DNA from: Pocillopora damicornis
Lineage: Eukaryota
Direction: 5' to 3'
DNA: 64,000 bases
Assembly: GCF_003704095.1 (NCBI RefSeq)
Contig: NW_020846635.1
Span: 1 to 64,000, forward strand
Part shown: positions 50,501 through 63,924 of the stretch, piece after piece
Layout of the letters: each line of letters begins with the position of its first letter
Numbering within the stretch: position 1 is the stretch's first letter
Translations under genes and position numbers: made by a program
The notes under the pieces: model-generated
What the model was told of the DNA's origin: nothing
The model's input: only the letters and a program-made list of their open reading frames with translations
The model's database searches: none

Positions 50501-53500
50501 AAGTACCTTGCGCTTTAAGTAAACCCGCGTGCGTAACAGTGCTCAGGATCCATTGTTTATTTTTCTCCACACCATTGGAATATTGCTTTCTTCTCGCTTA
50601 TCTTTTTCAACTCTTCTGTTGAGCGGACGATTTTCGATCTCTTGAGTTTTTAAATATATCTCTGAATGAACTATCTTTCTCCAGCAGAATTTTGTTAAGG
50701 TAAAGACAAAAAGATGCGATTACTGTGAAAAAGAAGATTATTAGGATTAATTGGGATGGTGAAGGAGAGGATAGGAAGAAAAAAATGGAAAGGATCGGCA
50801 AAACGTTTTTCGTTTGTCATCAGTATTTAATATAGCTTGTGAAGGAACTGAAATACTAGGAGCGCCCTGATTGGTCAAAATCCTATGGTTTATTGTACTG
50901 GTTCACCTAGAGAAGTTGAAATTTATTTTATGGAAGCAGAGGACTGCGCTTTTTATCGGTTTATCAACGTAATAACTCACTTGGGAAAACGTTGTAAATC
51001 ACGAGCTAGAGGCAAGAGATTTGCGAACTTTTCTTGAGTTCTTTTTACATCCCAAATGGATTGTTACGCTGGTAAACCGATGGAAAGTGTGATCTATTAT
51101 TGGTGTAATTTCAGCAACGACATGCACGATCAATTCAACGATAAAAAAAAATCCGTTAAGTTAATAATGGTTTCTTGATTTCAGTGTCTCATTGAACCCA
51201 ACAGCTACACAATGTTTAGAAAGACTACAGTAATAAAAACAAAAGAAACGAATATTCTGAAGGATACTGAATACTGACTTGGATTACAATTGTGGAACCT
51301 AAATTGAACCGGCTTTTGAATGACTCACAGGCCCTGTATGGTCTTTATTTTCACACTGCGGATTTTGATGTTTTTTCTTTTTTTCTCCGTTTGCAGGGCA
51401 TCGCAACAAATGGAAGCGAATGTTCTTCGTTCTTGATGGAGATGAACAACATTTGTATTTCTTTGAAAATGAAAAGGTCTGAATTGAATATATTTCCCGC
51501 ATTTTTGTAACAAAACCCTGAACTGTCATTCGACATGAAAATGGATTATGGAATAAAAATCCAAAACACATACAAGTAAAAACAAAAAACAACTAAGTCA
51601 GTCGCGGAAGCAATGAGTAAAAATGAAACAAATTAGGGGAAAGATTAAAGTTTTATCATCAATGATTTATATTTTATGGTCGGTTCGATTTGCTATTACG
51701 TCTTTGCTATTACGGCACCTTTATGAGGAAAACTGCAGAACTAAATCACTAAAATTGAATTCGACTCCAAAGCATTGAAACCTACATTTTCAGAAACAAA
51801 TCACGAACACGTTTATTGAGGCATAATAATGATAATGACAATAATACTAATGATCTTAATAATGTTAGTAATAATAATAATGATAATAATAATGATAAGA
51901 TCTTGTAAAGTACAATCTCAATATCGATTATCACTCTTTAAATTCTTCAATCCTCTCTAACTCGCCCTTGGTTTTCCGTTCTCAGAGAACTAAACCCAAA
52001 GGCATGATGGATCTTAGCTTTTCTATGGTTTACGAGGTTCATCAAAGCTTTTTCGGCAGGTGAGAAACGAAATAATTTTATCCATTTTTTTTCCTGGTTA
52101 CCTTATAGCTTTCCACTCGTGCCTCGCTGTTTTCGTTGTGCGCCCTCTAACCAATGCATTTTCAAACTTAATTAAAAGTTTATCTCCAAATGTGATACCA
52201 ACAAACTTCAAGTGGCACGTTTGCCATAGGCGAAAGTATTACTAATGATCTCATCACATTTTTTGTCTTCTTTGATCGTCATCTGAACGGGCATACCGTA
52301 AGGTAAAACCTACGGTCGTTTGACGTACAGGAACAAACATCTATTGTGAACACTATCTTGGCGTCTGCGCTGTGATATCTTATATTTAAGAACCAATCAA
52401 AATATGTGAAGAAAACTACGTAATTTTCAAGAGCTAAGGCTCAGAGTTCTCGCCAGTGATACGACAATTTTTGTATCGCAAAATAGCGGGTTTGGAATTG
52501 ATTTTTCAGGTTTGCGTGAGACTCACCGGGTCATGCAGGGGTGATATAGCTCTGCAAACACTGACCAGAAATTGAGAAATTTTAGATTCACAGTTACGTA
52601 AAGGGTTGTGCAATAAATATTGCGCAATGATCCGTGGTATTTCCTGGTAATGTCTCAGAAGGTAAATATCACTAGGCAAACATTCGTGCAGAGTGTTATG
52701 GCTCAAATTATCGATTTATTTCTCTTATTTTTATGTTCTGGTTCTTTTTCTCAAAGGCCGAATTGTTTTCAAGTGGTGGTGCGAGCGTTTAATGAGTTAC
52801 GAATGTTCTACCTTTGCGCCGACACACAGGATCTGGCAAACGTAAGGCTTTCTTTACTTGTTCTTCTTTAATTTTATTTCCGTAGATAATTTTTCCGTAT
52901 ATGTCGAAGCCGTTGGGACGAAACTTTGAAAATTTTGCTGGATTTTGGAATTGATTTTCGAAGTAACAGTGTGTGTAAGATGAACATTTTGTGAGCGTTT
53001 GTTTTCAAGAAAATTTTCCATGTGCGGTGTCTTTGTTTCACGAAATTGGAGGCAGTAGCGGCGTGCATTTCGTGCCACTCACGTATGGGTTGTCCGAAGT
53101 AAGCATATTGCTACCGACCAGATGAATTGCCATCCACTAGAGAGCCATGTAAAGAACAAACTACGCTATCCATGGATAGAAATTTTCCTAATGGACAATG
53201 TTGTCCACTCATCGAACAACCAATGTCGGGTGGAGATATCACGCTCTTGTCTTGACGTATAATTTTTTTTCTTCCCTGTTTTTTCTTCTGGTTTGTATTA
53301 TTTTAATTGGTGATCTTTTTCTTTTTAATTCTTTTTTCACTTCCATTTGAGATGTGCCATTTAAAAATTTTTTTCTTGTTGAATTTTTAGGATTGGATGG
53401 AGGCGATTAAGAAGTTTTGTGGGAAACCAATGATCACCAACCTAGGCGAGAGGGATGTGAAGCAGCTACGAAGCTTGGAAGTTACTATAGTAGAGGCCCA

Positions 53501-56500
53501 TAAATTGAATTCCAACAAAGTTTCTCACCCTTACTGCATGATTTCCTTGAACGAAGTCAAAACTTGCCGTACGAAGACACAGGAGGGACATTCGCCCATA
53601 TGGAACGAAGAATTTAAGTTCAAGTGAGTGCCTAATAAAATTATATTTTGGATTTTAAGTCATCGCATGCTTTCCGGGCGTTTTATTGCAATGATTAAGC
53701 ATACATGTAACTGTGGTCTCCTATTGAAAAAAATATGGTTTAATGGTGTATATTTATGCAATGTTGCGTAGTGTGAATTCAATGTAATCGTCTATAAAAG
53801 ATTGTTATACCCAACTCCATAATTTTTAAATGATGTTAATAAAGTGTGTCCTGAATTACAAAACCAATTAACCGCCTTTATATCATAAATACTGTTGATT
53901 AGATGGCACAGGTACAAAGGTACGAGGCATTGCCGGCGTATTGTGAGATATTATATGACTGTTTTATTGAAAATTTTGTTTTTATTTTAGTGACTTGCCC
54001 TCCGATGTGTCTTATTACTCAGTTGATCTCTACAATCGCAACAAACGCTCCAGAGATGGTCAAGTAGGTAGGTGCCGCGCTCCCTAACAACGGAAGGCTT
54101 AGTTATCGAGCCTAATTTACTGATTTGCAGACAGCCTGTTTTTGTTTTTGTTTTTATTTGTTTTTTTTTTTTTGCGTTCAGTTGTGCCCTACTGTGTGAT
54201 AAACTTCCACAAGACGTTAGCCTTTTAGATGCCAAGTTTAATTTTGATAATTTTTTGATTGGTTGTGTTCTGGTGTCGTCAACAGGAAGTGCAATGGTCC
54301 CACTTAACCGTTTACCCAAAGGAAATGTACTGGATGAGTGGTACCCACTTCTTTCGCCTTCTCACTCCAAAATGGAGGTCGGCAGCATTCGCGTCCGGAG
54401 TAAATTCACGGTGAGAAATTTACCATCAGCTATAAGTAAATGATTTCTTAACTTGGCGGAGTTAAGAGACCGAACGTAGAATACCTCCCAAAATCGGGAC
54501 GTTGAATTTTAAGGGTGTTTACCAGGAGCCTGAATTGATAAGCCAGAAGTAATTGAATTGGACAATTTGATAAGAAGAGACCGGTCATTCTTCTCGCCGC
54601 GGGGGGTGAAGGGGGGGGCGGCTGTAGTGTTTCTTCCAGTTTTTTTCAGTCAATTTTCTATACTCCCCCTTTCATGCTCTATTTGCGACGGTTGACCCCC
54701 TTGAAAACCATGTGATCCCCAGAATTCCCCCCCCTGATAAATAAGAGGTGGTCCCCGAACGCTTATTTCTTTTGATAGTGAAGATAGTGATTGAAAATAT
54801 AATCATGACATGGGATACACTGTAGAAATTCACTGACATGGTCAGTCAGTTCTGGTCAATAATTTAGATCTGGCCGGAAAATTCTGATTCATATTAAGCG
54901 CCCCAAGCTTAGCAGCTTGAAAACTGAAACTCTGTGAACTTTGTGTTTTTCAGCATGAGATTATTATGCCGGTTGAAGAGTATAATTCACTCAAAGAGGT
55001 GAGTATGTTTATAGCATCAATCTTTGCTGAAAGCAAATTGTTAGCGTACATTGGACCGCAATGCATTTGGTTTGTTGAGGTTAATTTACGAATATACCCA
55101 CGAAGGCTTCAAGTCATAGAACTGGTTAGTATTTAAGGATGGTCTTTAGCTGATAATGGTAAACTTGCAAGTATTTAAGAGTGGTATTTAAAATATTTAA
55201 GGATAGCCTGTGGAACAGACGTCATTTTTTTGCTTATTTAGGTGGCCATAGGCGGTCATGTCGCAGCCTATTTTCGCGCTCCTCCCCTCGCGCGTGTCTC
55301 ACCCTCACGCTCGCCTCACACTTCCCTGTGCTCGCCTAAAAAAAAAAAGGGAAAAAGGAAAAAGATACATACACTTACAAAAAGGCCTGTGGATGAACAC
55401 CACTGAATGCTCAAGGCATCCATTGGTCTTTCCCTAAAAGAAGTTGCCATATGAATCAGTAATCTTCGTGATATGTCGATATTGCCTCCGAATTTTCGGA
55501 AAAGCTCATTGTAGCTCACTGCACAGAGAGCAAACGGATCACTTTCGTTTTAAACCTGCTTTCATATCCAACACGAGGTTGAGGGTTTGCTCCTACAAGA
55601 TGAACCATCGGGTAGCTGTGTAGCATTTTACATTGTAACCTGTTCACCTCTTGTAGATCATTCTGGACAAGGATTTACAAGCTGTGAAGAGCCTCGGTCA
55701 GGTGTGCAAGGACCGAGTGAGCCTGGCCTCCACTCTGCTTAAAATATTCCGTCATGAAAGGGAAGAAATCTTCCTACTAAAAACGATGAACTCATTAGAA
55801 ATAGAAAATCAAGGTGAGTCCTCTTCGAATATTAGCCCTTTAAAGAGGTAAAAAATGTCCAAAAAAAGAATGCTGCATGATGGCGACAAACGAAAACTAA
55901 CGTCAGCTACGATGAATTAATTAGAAATAGAAATACAGCGTTTTTGTATATTAGAGTCCTCTACGAATATTAGCCCTTTAAAGAGATAGAAATGTCCAAA
56001 AATGAATGCTCCTTGATGGCGACAAACGAAAAGGAACGTCAGCTGTGATAAATTTCTTGTTGGACCAGAATGCTTCAAAGTGCTGAAGATTCAGGGGCGA
56101 TCTAACAACATTCGGTTCGCGCCCAACTCGCCTCATCCCTCCCGTTCTTGTCGTATCTTTTGTCAATTCATTAGGATCAGAACGTCATAGGTGAGTTTGA
56201 TCTTTTGGGGCTACATCTAAATGAAGTCTGAATTTATTCACTTTTTGTACAATCTTGACGTCAACGCATTGCAAAAATGCTAGAAAAATCTCGTTCACAG
56301 GAAACATGAATTTGTTTCCGACTTTATTGTAAAAACGACCGAAGACTAACAGAATGAAGTTCACTTTTTTCCGGCTTTAGCCGCTGCTTAAACTCCCAAC
56401 TATTCCCTGATTTTACGGGTGAGTATTGCAGTGATATAGTTGATCTGTCTTTGTTGATTGCAGAGGAAGTATCAACGTTGTTTCGCGGAACTTCGTTAAC

Positions 56501-59500
56501 CACGACACTCATGGACCAGTACATGAAAATGGTCGCTATTCCCTATCTACAGAAAACAATCGGTGATGTCGTAGCAAAAATTGTGGAGTGTAAACAGTCT
56601 TGCGAGGTATGACCGGTGTCCTAAAGGAGAGGTTCTGTTTTATCTCATGCTGGAAAGACCGCAGGTGGTGATCAAGGCATTTATAGTAATTGTTTGCTAT
56701 TTTTGTTGCATTGCAGTTAAATCCAGCTAAACTTGAGAAAGGCGCAGACACTGTAGTAAATCTTAAACAACTTCTGGAGTTTTTATTTGAAGGGGTTGAT
56801 GCGATTGTCAGGTCACCTGACGACTGTCCAAGGTGAGAAAGTTGCTATCGAAACAAAATCATTTTGTTGTCACTCTCTCTCTAGTGTCTATCTTGTTACT
56901 CTTGGCATATTGTTTGTAAAACCCGTTGACGAAGTCGTAAAGAAAAATGTTCACTAAGTTGTGGTTTTGAATAAAGGATCGTGTCCATTATGGATTATAA
57001 TGATTTCAGATCTAAGGTTTTGTCGAGATTTGAGAAGATATATCAAAAATTAAAATAATAGACACTTGGCATTACAAACTCCTAAAATCTCGTAGATCAC
57101 TTATCAGCCCATTTTGATCTCGCCGAAGCTGTCAGGAATCCATCTCCCAAAGTCAACGTGTGATGTTATAATAGTCTTGAATAATTAAACATAGTTAACA
57201 GGAATGGCACCACAGTAGATCTGAATTTGCTGCATCATCAAGTATTTTCTGTTAATTTTGCAGAACTTTGCGTTATCTGTTTTGCTGTCTGCAGCAAAAT
57301 GTTAAAGATAGATGGTCCGACAATGAAATAGTTAGAAGCCGTGTTGTTAGGTAAGTGCTACACAATTTTTTTTCCGTTGCCTTCGGGGTGCATGATTTTA
57401 AAATGTGCAGTTAAGAGGCAAATGATACAAATAGAGGAAAAAAAGGATTTTGTCATCCATCTTTCGCCATCCACAATCGACTATCGACTTTCCGCAATCG
57501 GTCGTCGTACTTTCACAATCGACCATCGACTTTCCGAAATCAGTCGTCGTACATCGGCCTATCCTTATACGCCGTCGAACGTCCACCGTCCTCGACTATC
57601 GTCTTCTGCATGTTGTCCGTCGTCCGAATTTTTTTCTGTTTTTTTCCTTATCCATCCATATTGCTTCATTCAGAAATGTTGACCCTTTATAAAACCGAGC
57701 ACGGTCTACCTCAGCAACCAAACTGAGTATCTTCGGGAAAAAAGACTCCTTTTATTCAAGTTTGATCTCCAAAATGCGTAGAACTTTGACTTTTGGTTGC
57801 ATGGAGAAATCATTTGCAGCTCAATGTGGAAACTTAGCGGTTAGTTGGTGTCATTATGTTTACTCATTTTCGAGTCGTTCTTCAAAGAATGGAGTTGAAA
57901 TGGTTACTAGCAATAAACTCCTTGTTAAATAACTTTGTTTTTTAACAAATGCTCTCTCATCTTGAAGTAAATTTTAAACAAAGACTTTTTTCGTATTGGC
58001 ATTGAGGTTGGAACCTGGGGCATATTCGGTCACGTGACGCATTCAGACCAATCGTGCGCGTAAATAAACGTTTGATGGATGTTGATTAAACTTGTACTCA
58101 AAATGAAGTTCGCAGGTCCACCTGCGTAGAAAATTATTCTAAAACGATTTCTTTCTTTGTACTCTTTTTCCTGCTTCAGTGGTTTTCTCTTCTTGCGGTT
58201 AATTTGTCCCGCCATAATGAACCCAAGAATATGCAACATGATGTCAGGTGAGCGGAAATTTTATATATTTTTTTAATTGTTTTGTATTACATAAACTTAC
58301 GTAAAATGGAGTAATCGTTCATACATATGCTTTCTATTTTGTCAGAATCTCCGTCATTGTGTGCTGCTCGGACTCTGACACTTGTAGCGAAGTGTCTTCA
58401 AAACTTAGCAAACTTGGTTGAATTTGGCGTCAAGGTCAGTAACGCCTAAAAATACCAGGAACTTTTTTTCCCCTGTTTCGCCGACAGAGCTTTTTATGTT
58501 TTATCTGTTGCAGGAATCATTCATGACCCCAGTAAATCCTTTCATTTTGAGAAACAAGGAAAAAATGATAAATTTTTTGGACGAGTTGGCGGTAAGTCAA
58601 TAATATCTATAACACTAATTTCCAATGTTGTCAATTTACTTTAGGCACTCCCCAAACTAGTTGGGTGGGTGTTGAGTAGTTGCGTATTTGTAGTAGACGG
58701 GGTTAACGCTAGGAATTGATGGTGTATTTAAGGGGCTTTCGTTTCGTCGTATGTTCGAAGAGTCTTTATGGCTTTTCTGTTACTCTGGGCTAACACTACA
58801 TGTATCTTCGCCTGTTCCAGGCCTTCAGTTAGTAAACGGAGCGAGATTAGCGGCCGAGCGAAGCGAGAAAGGTTTGGATTGGGTCGCGTAGGGCTCAGAC
58901 CCAAATCTTTCCCTACTTTTTCCTCCTCCGCTACTATCGCGCTTTGTTTCACTAAACGGAACGTTTGGAACAGGCCATGTGCTTCTTGCAAGAAACGATT
59001 ACTCTGCTCTGGGAAATGAACGTTCACTTAAATTTAAATGCTTGAATTTAATGCGACTTAGATTTACGCAAATGAAAGGAGAAACAACCTTCCAGTAAAC
59101 GTAATAAACGCGAAAGAGATGCTGCCATTTCAAAATGAGTGAAATTAGCTTAAGGAGACGAAAAGTAGTGAATTTACCGTAACACTTAAAGTGACAACTC
59201 CGCAATTGTAAACATTGTCTGTGGAAAATTCCCTACACGTGCGGGACGAATCTAGCATTGGTAGATCTCCGACCCGATGGCAAAACGCTTTCGTTACTAT
59301 TTCTCTTTAGTTCAAAATGTCAAACGTATATTGTTAGTTCGGAGCAGAAATAATGAAGAGTTAAGATCCATCTAGTTCATGACGCAGAAGTAGAGCTGAC
59401 AAAAATGAAAGTGACTCATGCAATTTTCCGAATTCGCGTCAATAACATGAAATGTTAACTTCTTATAATAGGTTGGCAGACTTCACAACTGTGTTCGTTC

Positions 59501-60637
59501 GAATCCGTCCCTTTACCAAACACATATCACTATAATTAAGGTTTACTTGATACAAAACTGATGTTTGTACTGTCAACGGTGCCATTACTTGTTCAATAAT
59601 TGCGTTCCCCATGATATTTCTATTGAATTTTCCAGAACGTGACGCAAACTCCTCCGATCACGGAGCAAGTGTCTTCAGATCCATCGCGTGATCTTGCCGC
59701 TCTTTACGATATATGTTGGACATACATGTCAGAGCTACAACAGCTGAGCCAAACACAGGTAATATTATGGATGCTCCAACCTCCCGCGGGGCTAGAAAAA
59801 GTGTCCGCTCAACTGACGAAGTTCACAAGGAATCTTCTTTTTTTGAACACTCGGAACCACAGTTAATATAATGTCCCTGGAATGGAGGTCTTCTAAAAGG
59901 GTATCATGCACTCCCATAGTTCCATCATATATATTAAAGTAAAAGTAGAACCTCTCTTGCGCGGGACACCTCTTTTCAGGGAATACCTTTCTTCAAAGGA
60001 CATACACGATGGTCCCGACTTCAAAAAGTGCTCCTTTAACCTTTTGTCTGTTACCTTCAAAAAAGGGACGCCTCGATTTTTTAGAAATGTAAAAGTTCTG
60101 CATCTCATTGTGAAGGGGGGCGTGGTCGAATGGCTCCGACGGTTCGCCAGACTTTTAATTAGGAGGTTCGGGATTCATGTCACTCTTTTATGAGGTGAAT
60201 ATTGTGTGGAGTGATGCTAATGTTTACTTATCTGCACTTATAAATAGGTACTCAAGTTCCAACGGGAGGCGTTTTTAACGTTTGTTCCCATTTATAGCAA
60301 TTTCAGTTGAGTTTCGAGAGTAATGCGGGATTGCATTGGTTTTGCTTTATTTCGCTCTGTGATTGGTCTTGCAAACTCGCTCTATCCTCTCAACCAATAA
60401 GATTCAAAACTAAAAGCAACCGCCGGTTGGTCATTCACAAGCTGTTTACGTTCTAAGTAGGTTTTTTTGCAACGTATGAGCTGAAATGAAAGGGTCTATT
60501 TAAAACGTATTCTTGTGTGTTTATTTTAGCCGGGGCTCAAAAAGCTTGTAGCTGTTACGGAAACATTGCGACAACGAGAAGAACAATTTCTGCAGGAAAA
60601 CTTAAGCTTAACAAACAGAACGGAAAAATTGGTGTGA
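41424..60637 (+). CDS. RASA1: Ras GTPase-activating protein 1 (p120RasGAP): SH2-SH3-SH2-PH-C2-RasGAP; 25 exons, 921 aa
   Basis: Phase-consistent exons: 41424-41575, 42532-42888, 43645-43762, 44082-44113, 44650-44702, 46478-46547, 46989-47066, 48338-48413, 50151-50292, 51397-51476, 51986-52059, 52757-52841, 53391-53623, 53991-54067, 54286-54410, 54954-54998, 55657-55813, 56464-56606, 56717-56832, 57264-57350, 58180-58247, 58346-58434, 58514-58591, 59636-59758, 60530-60637 (2766 nt). Motifs: WFHGKLDR, YLVRESDRRPG, YSKVPDTDELSF, FLIRPSD, TLFRG (Arg finger), GFLFLRLICPAIMNP, AKCLQNLAN. Confidence 0.96.
44520..44553. repeat. (ATT)n microsatellite
   Basis: About 11 ATT units seen directly in RASA1 intron 4. 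Confidence 0.9.
44926..45085. repeat. Long inverted repeat (hairpin 44976-45085) with a tandem copy of the left arm
   Basis: ~53-bp arms around a 4-nt loop (45029-45032); extra arm copy at 44926-44974. Confidence 0.85.
45428..45535. repeat. Foldback/MITE-like palindrome
   Basis: agggttcatcatggtatccaaacatc...gcact.ggcc....ggcc.cgtgc...gatatttggataccataatgaaaccct forms an imperfect inverted repeat. Confidence 0.7.
55783..56045. repeat. ~126-bp tandem duplication spanning the RASA1 exon 17 donor
   Basis: acgatgaa.t.attagaaatagaaa...gagtcctct.cgaatattagccctttaaagag...gatggcgacaaacgaaaa..aacgtcagct starts at 55783 and 55909. Confidence 0.9.
57472..57552. repeat. 42-bp tandem duplication of a TCGAC-rich unit
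   Basis: cacaatcgac.atcgactttccg.aatc.gtcgtcgtac occurs twice. Confidence 0.85.
58810..58975. mobile_element. GC-rich MITE-like element with GCCTGTTCCA / TGGAACAGGC termini
   Basis: Terminal inverted repeat around a GC-rich core in an AT-rich RASA1 intron. Confidence 0.6.
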
Positions 60638-63495
60638 ATTACCACAATCAGTGACAAGATGAAGTCAACTGCAGACTACCTGACTTACATTGAGTGCATC
60701 TCATGTGTTGTTGGTTAATACAGGAGTGACACGTGAGAAATATTTTCAAGGAAAAAAGTTAATGCTGTCATTTGGCTCCCCCCCCCTATTGCCAGCTAAT
60801 CCTGCACCTGCCTTTATTCTAATTTTTTTTTTTTTAGATACCAAATTTATTTTTGATATTTATTAATATATTCTAAATTACGACCTATCGTTGATCGTAT
60901 TTTGTATCAATGTAAGTGAAATGTGTTTGATTTGTTTGTAAGAGCGGTCAGTAGTAATCTCCTATTCAGGTCTTGCGTCAGATTATGACAGAGATATGTT
61001 TTTCCGGGGGAAGATGAAGTGATCTCCTTGAAGGAAGTGTTCTAACTGCTTTAGGTAGCTACTTCACTGTTTATCCATGTTGAGAAATTTTCACTCAATT
61101 TTTCTCAATGTTCGTCTCGTACAATCTTTTATAAGAGTCAGTATCCTCAGCAAATTCTCATTCCTTTGGTTCTTTTCTAACCTCTTTGGTGTTTGCCTGT
61201 CTTAGGGAAGAATTCTTCCGAGGTTGTAATCTATTTAACCCTGTAACTCCCCGGATCCAATCGGTTACCCTCCCAACTGCTAGTCATACTTATCCTTGTA
61301 TGTTAGACAGGAGAATTTGATGTTACATCTCGGCTGAAGCAAACAGCAAGGTCGTGAGAATAACGTAACTGACCGCCAATTAATGAGACTCTTGAGTGGT
61401 AATCAAATTCTTCTCGTCAGTATCATAGGAAAAATGTGGAAAACAGTGTAGGAATATGCGTATTGATGATTAGGTGAGACGACCCAAAATACCGAAAATG
61501 TATTAAGCATGTGCCCAGTGGTGGGCGATTTTTTTTTTCTTTCCTCCAGAAAACTGCCAACTGTCACTTGCGCGCAGTCGTGCTCGTCTCAAATGATTTT
61601 TTTTAGTTTGGAACAGAGCTGAAAAAGATTTTGCTTCATGCATAATTCAGTTAGGGTTAAATTAGTGGATTGATTCTGACGTTGCTTTCGTAAACTTCCT
61701 TACTGGGCAGTGTCGACTTTATCATTTTCAATCTTTTTTTTTTTTTTTATTTTCATCATGTTACTGTACGGTTTTTCTTGAGATCCTGATTTAACATCTC
61801 TACTGTGCACCTAGGAATATGGTTTTCACTTAGAATCTACCACTAGGCTGATTAGCAGATGTTCTTTTAGAACTGACGTACTAATTCGAATGACAACCAG
61901 CTTATCTCTGTAAAATGTAATAGTAGTTAAAGATCGAATTTTTTAAGTCTTGAATAGTTTTCCTTTTTGGAATCCTGAATGAACCAGAGCATACTTGTAT
62001 ATAAAAGAGAAAATTATGACGTAGAATTATTAGAATTTAAAGGACGGAAGACGTGATTGATGGCATGCAAGGACAAGGAAGCCTGTCATTGGTGACGACG
62101 AAAGTTACAGTGCAATTTTCATATCATGTCAGCAAAATGAATTGCGATTTTACGACGTGACTGCAAGAGGAAATTGTGGATATGTTGCAGAGAATAGGAT
62201 AATTGTGGAAATATCCAGTAATCACATGCAAAATGACTCACATTGCGGCCAAACTAAAGTTCGACTTATCAATAATTCCCCTAGCCTCATAGTCTGGTTT
62301 TTTTTTTTTCCTTGTGTAACTGATCGATTGAATTCGAGCCCATATATGCCTTCCCTTAGCTTTCGTTTTTCTCCGTTGCTATCTTTCTGTATGTTATAAC
62401 TTAAATTCAGTCATCAGTTTCTTGAGTTTTATTGCATCTGATTATATCTTGCAGTTCGAACTTTCCACCTTACTTAATATAATGCAACAATGGCCAATGA
62501 TCACCAAATCAAAAAGTTGTTAAAGAGTATTTTGTAATAAATAAAAGGTTTTTATATGATCCAGTTCTCGTTATTAAAATACTTTCGATTACATTTTATG
62601 ACCTTCTTAAGATCGAATGAAATATTATTTTCTATTGCCGTAAGCCATACCCAAAAATATAAAATTTCTTCCTCTTTGTTCGTCTATTAACACAAAGAAA
62701 CAGATGGTAAATCTGAAACGCATACTTATCATTCATTGGCCGAAGGCGGAATGAATTTTTTTGGTAATCCCCGAAACGAAATCCAGGGAAATTATTAGGC
62801 TAGGCGATTAATCGTCCTAGTTAAGTTGTTCAGGCGATTGTCAGAGGAAAAACGTTGAGAGTTATGTCTTTACCCTCTCACTTGCCACGCTTTAAAGAGC
62901 GAAGATACGTACTGTTGCGTAGATCGTGTGATCAGTGTGAAGTGCATGTAAGATTAGGTCATACTAAATGAAACGAGATGTAGCCAATCCTGCGGTGTGA
63001 TCGGCTAGTTTTGCAGTGACCTTGTTCACAGTAGTGCTACTGTAAGTGTACGCTTGATAGAAAAAAAACGACAAAGTTTAAGCTGGTCTTCCAATCACGA
63101 TCATCTGGTGGAGGGTTGTTAAATTTTCCAAGGAATGGTCAGCCTGTGTAGTAAGCGGTGTCCAGTGAGCTTCACACTGTGAGACCAGGAAAACGAAGAG
63201 GTCTGGAACGAAAAAAATTGGATGTCTGCTGCTCGTCTTCGCTTTGCCGCTTTTACTTTCATCGGGCAACCAAACATTCGCCAACCACGCGAGTCAAGAG
63301 AGACATCTTTTTTTAGGCTTGTTTGATAATTATACCCTATGGCTCATTATTCACATTTCACAACTGCTACTGTTGTTCAACGCACACCTCTGCTCTTGTA
63401 TCAAATATGTAACTTGGATTACATTTTATACACTTAGTGCATGACGTCTCTACTAACACGTACACTCCATTTCCCCATTCAGGTTGTAAGGAGTA

Positions 63496-63924
63496 TCATT
63501 TAAACTCGTGTTCTTCAAGTGAAGCAGCTTCTGCGAGGTTAGGTAAAGGCTTGTCGAAGCCTTCTTTGCCGCACAGAAAGAAGCTAACTATTGTGCCTTT
63601 TCCCTGCAAAACATCAATGCTCCTATTAGCAAAGCAAGTGATAAAGGCAAAAACCTAACTGGTGAATTTTCAAAATGAATTCCTAGAATATACTCTCAAA
63701 ATTGTTTCCAATATGCACTTCGGAGATACTTTACAGCTTATTCAAAGGTAAATCTGTGCAAATTTTACCACAAGGTAAAATGCAAAGCAGTAGTGATGGC
63801 TAATAAGGAGAAAGCCGATATTGATGCCCTACCTTCAGCGTGACTGGGCCTCTTTCTACTAAATAGAATCCTCCGAGAGTGTCTAGCACAGCTTTACAAT
63901 CTGGACTAACATGGATTCGAAGTG
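63496..63924 (-). CDS. Guanylyl cyclase (natriuretic-peptide-receptor-like catalytic domain), last two coding exons; gene continues beyond the window
   Basis: Minus-strand exons 63924-63833 (ALRIHVSPDCKAVLDTLGGFYLVERGPVTLK) and 63603-63496 (GKGTIVSFFLCGKEGFDKPLPNLAEAASLEEHEFK*), with canonical AG/GT sites; IHVS...ERG...KGKG is the class III cyclase C-terminal signature. Confidence 0.88.

Noticed and set aside
63078-63284. Minus-strand ORF with a good acceptor near 63200
   Set aside because: It lies downstream of the cyclase stop codon, so it is probably 3' UTR; no homology recognised.
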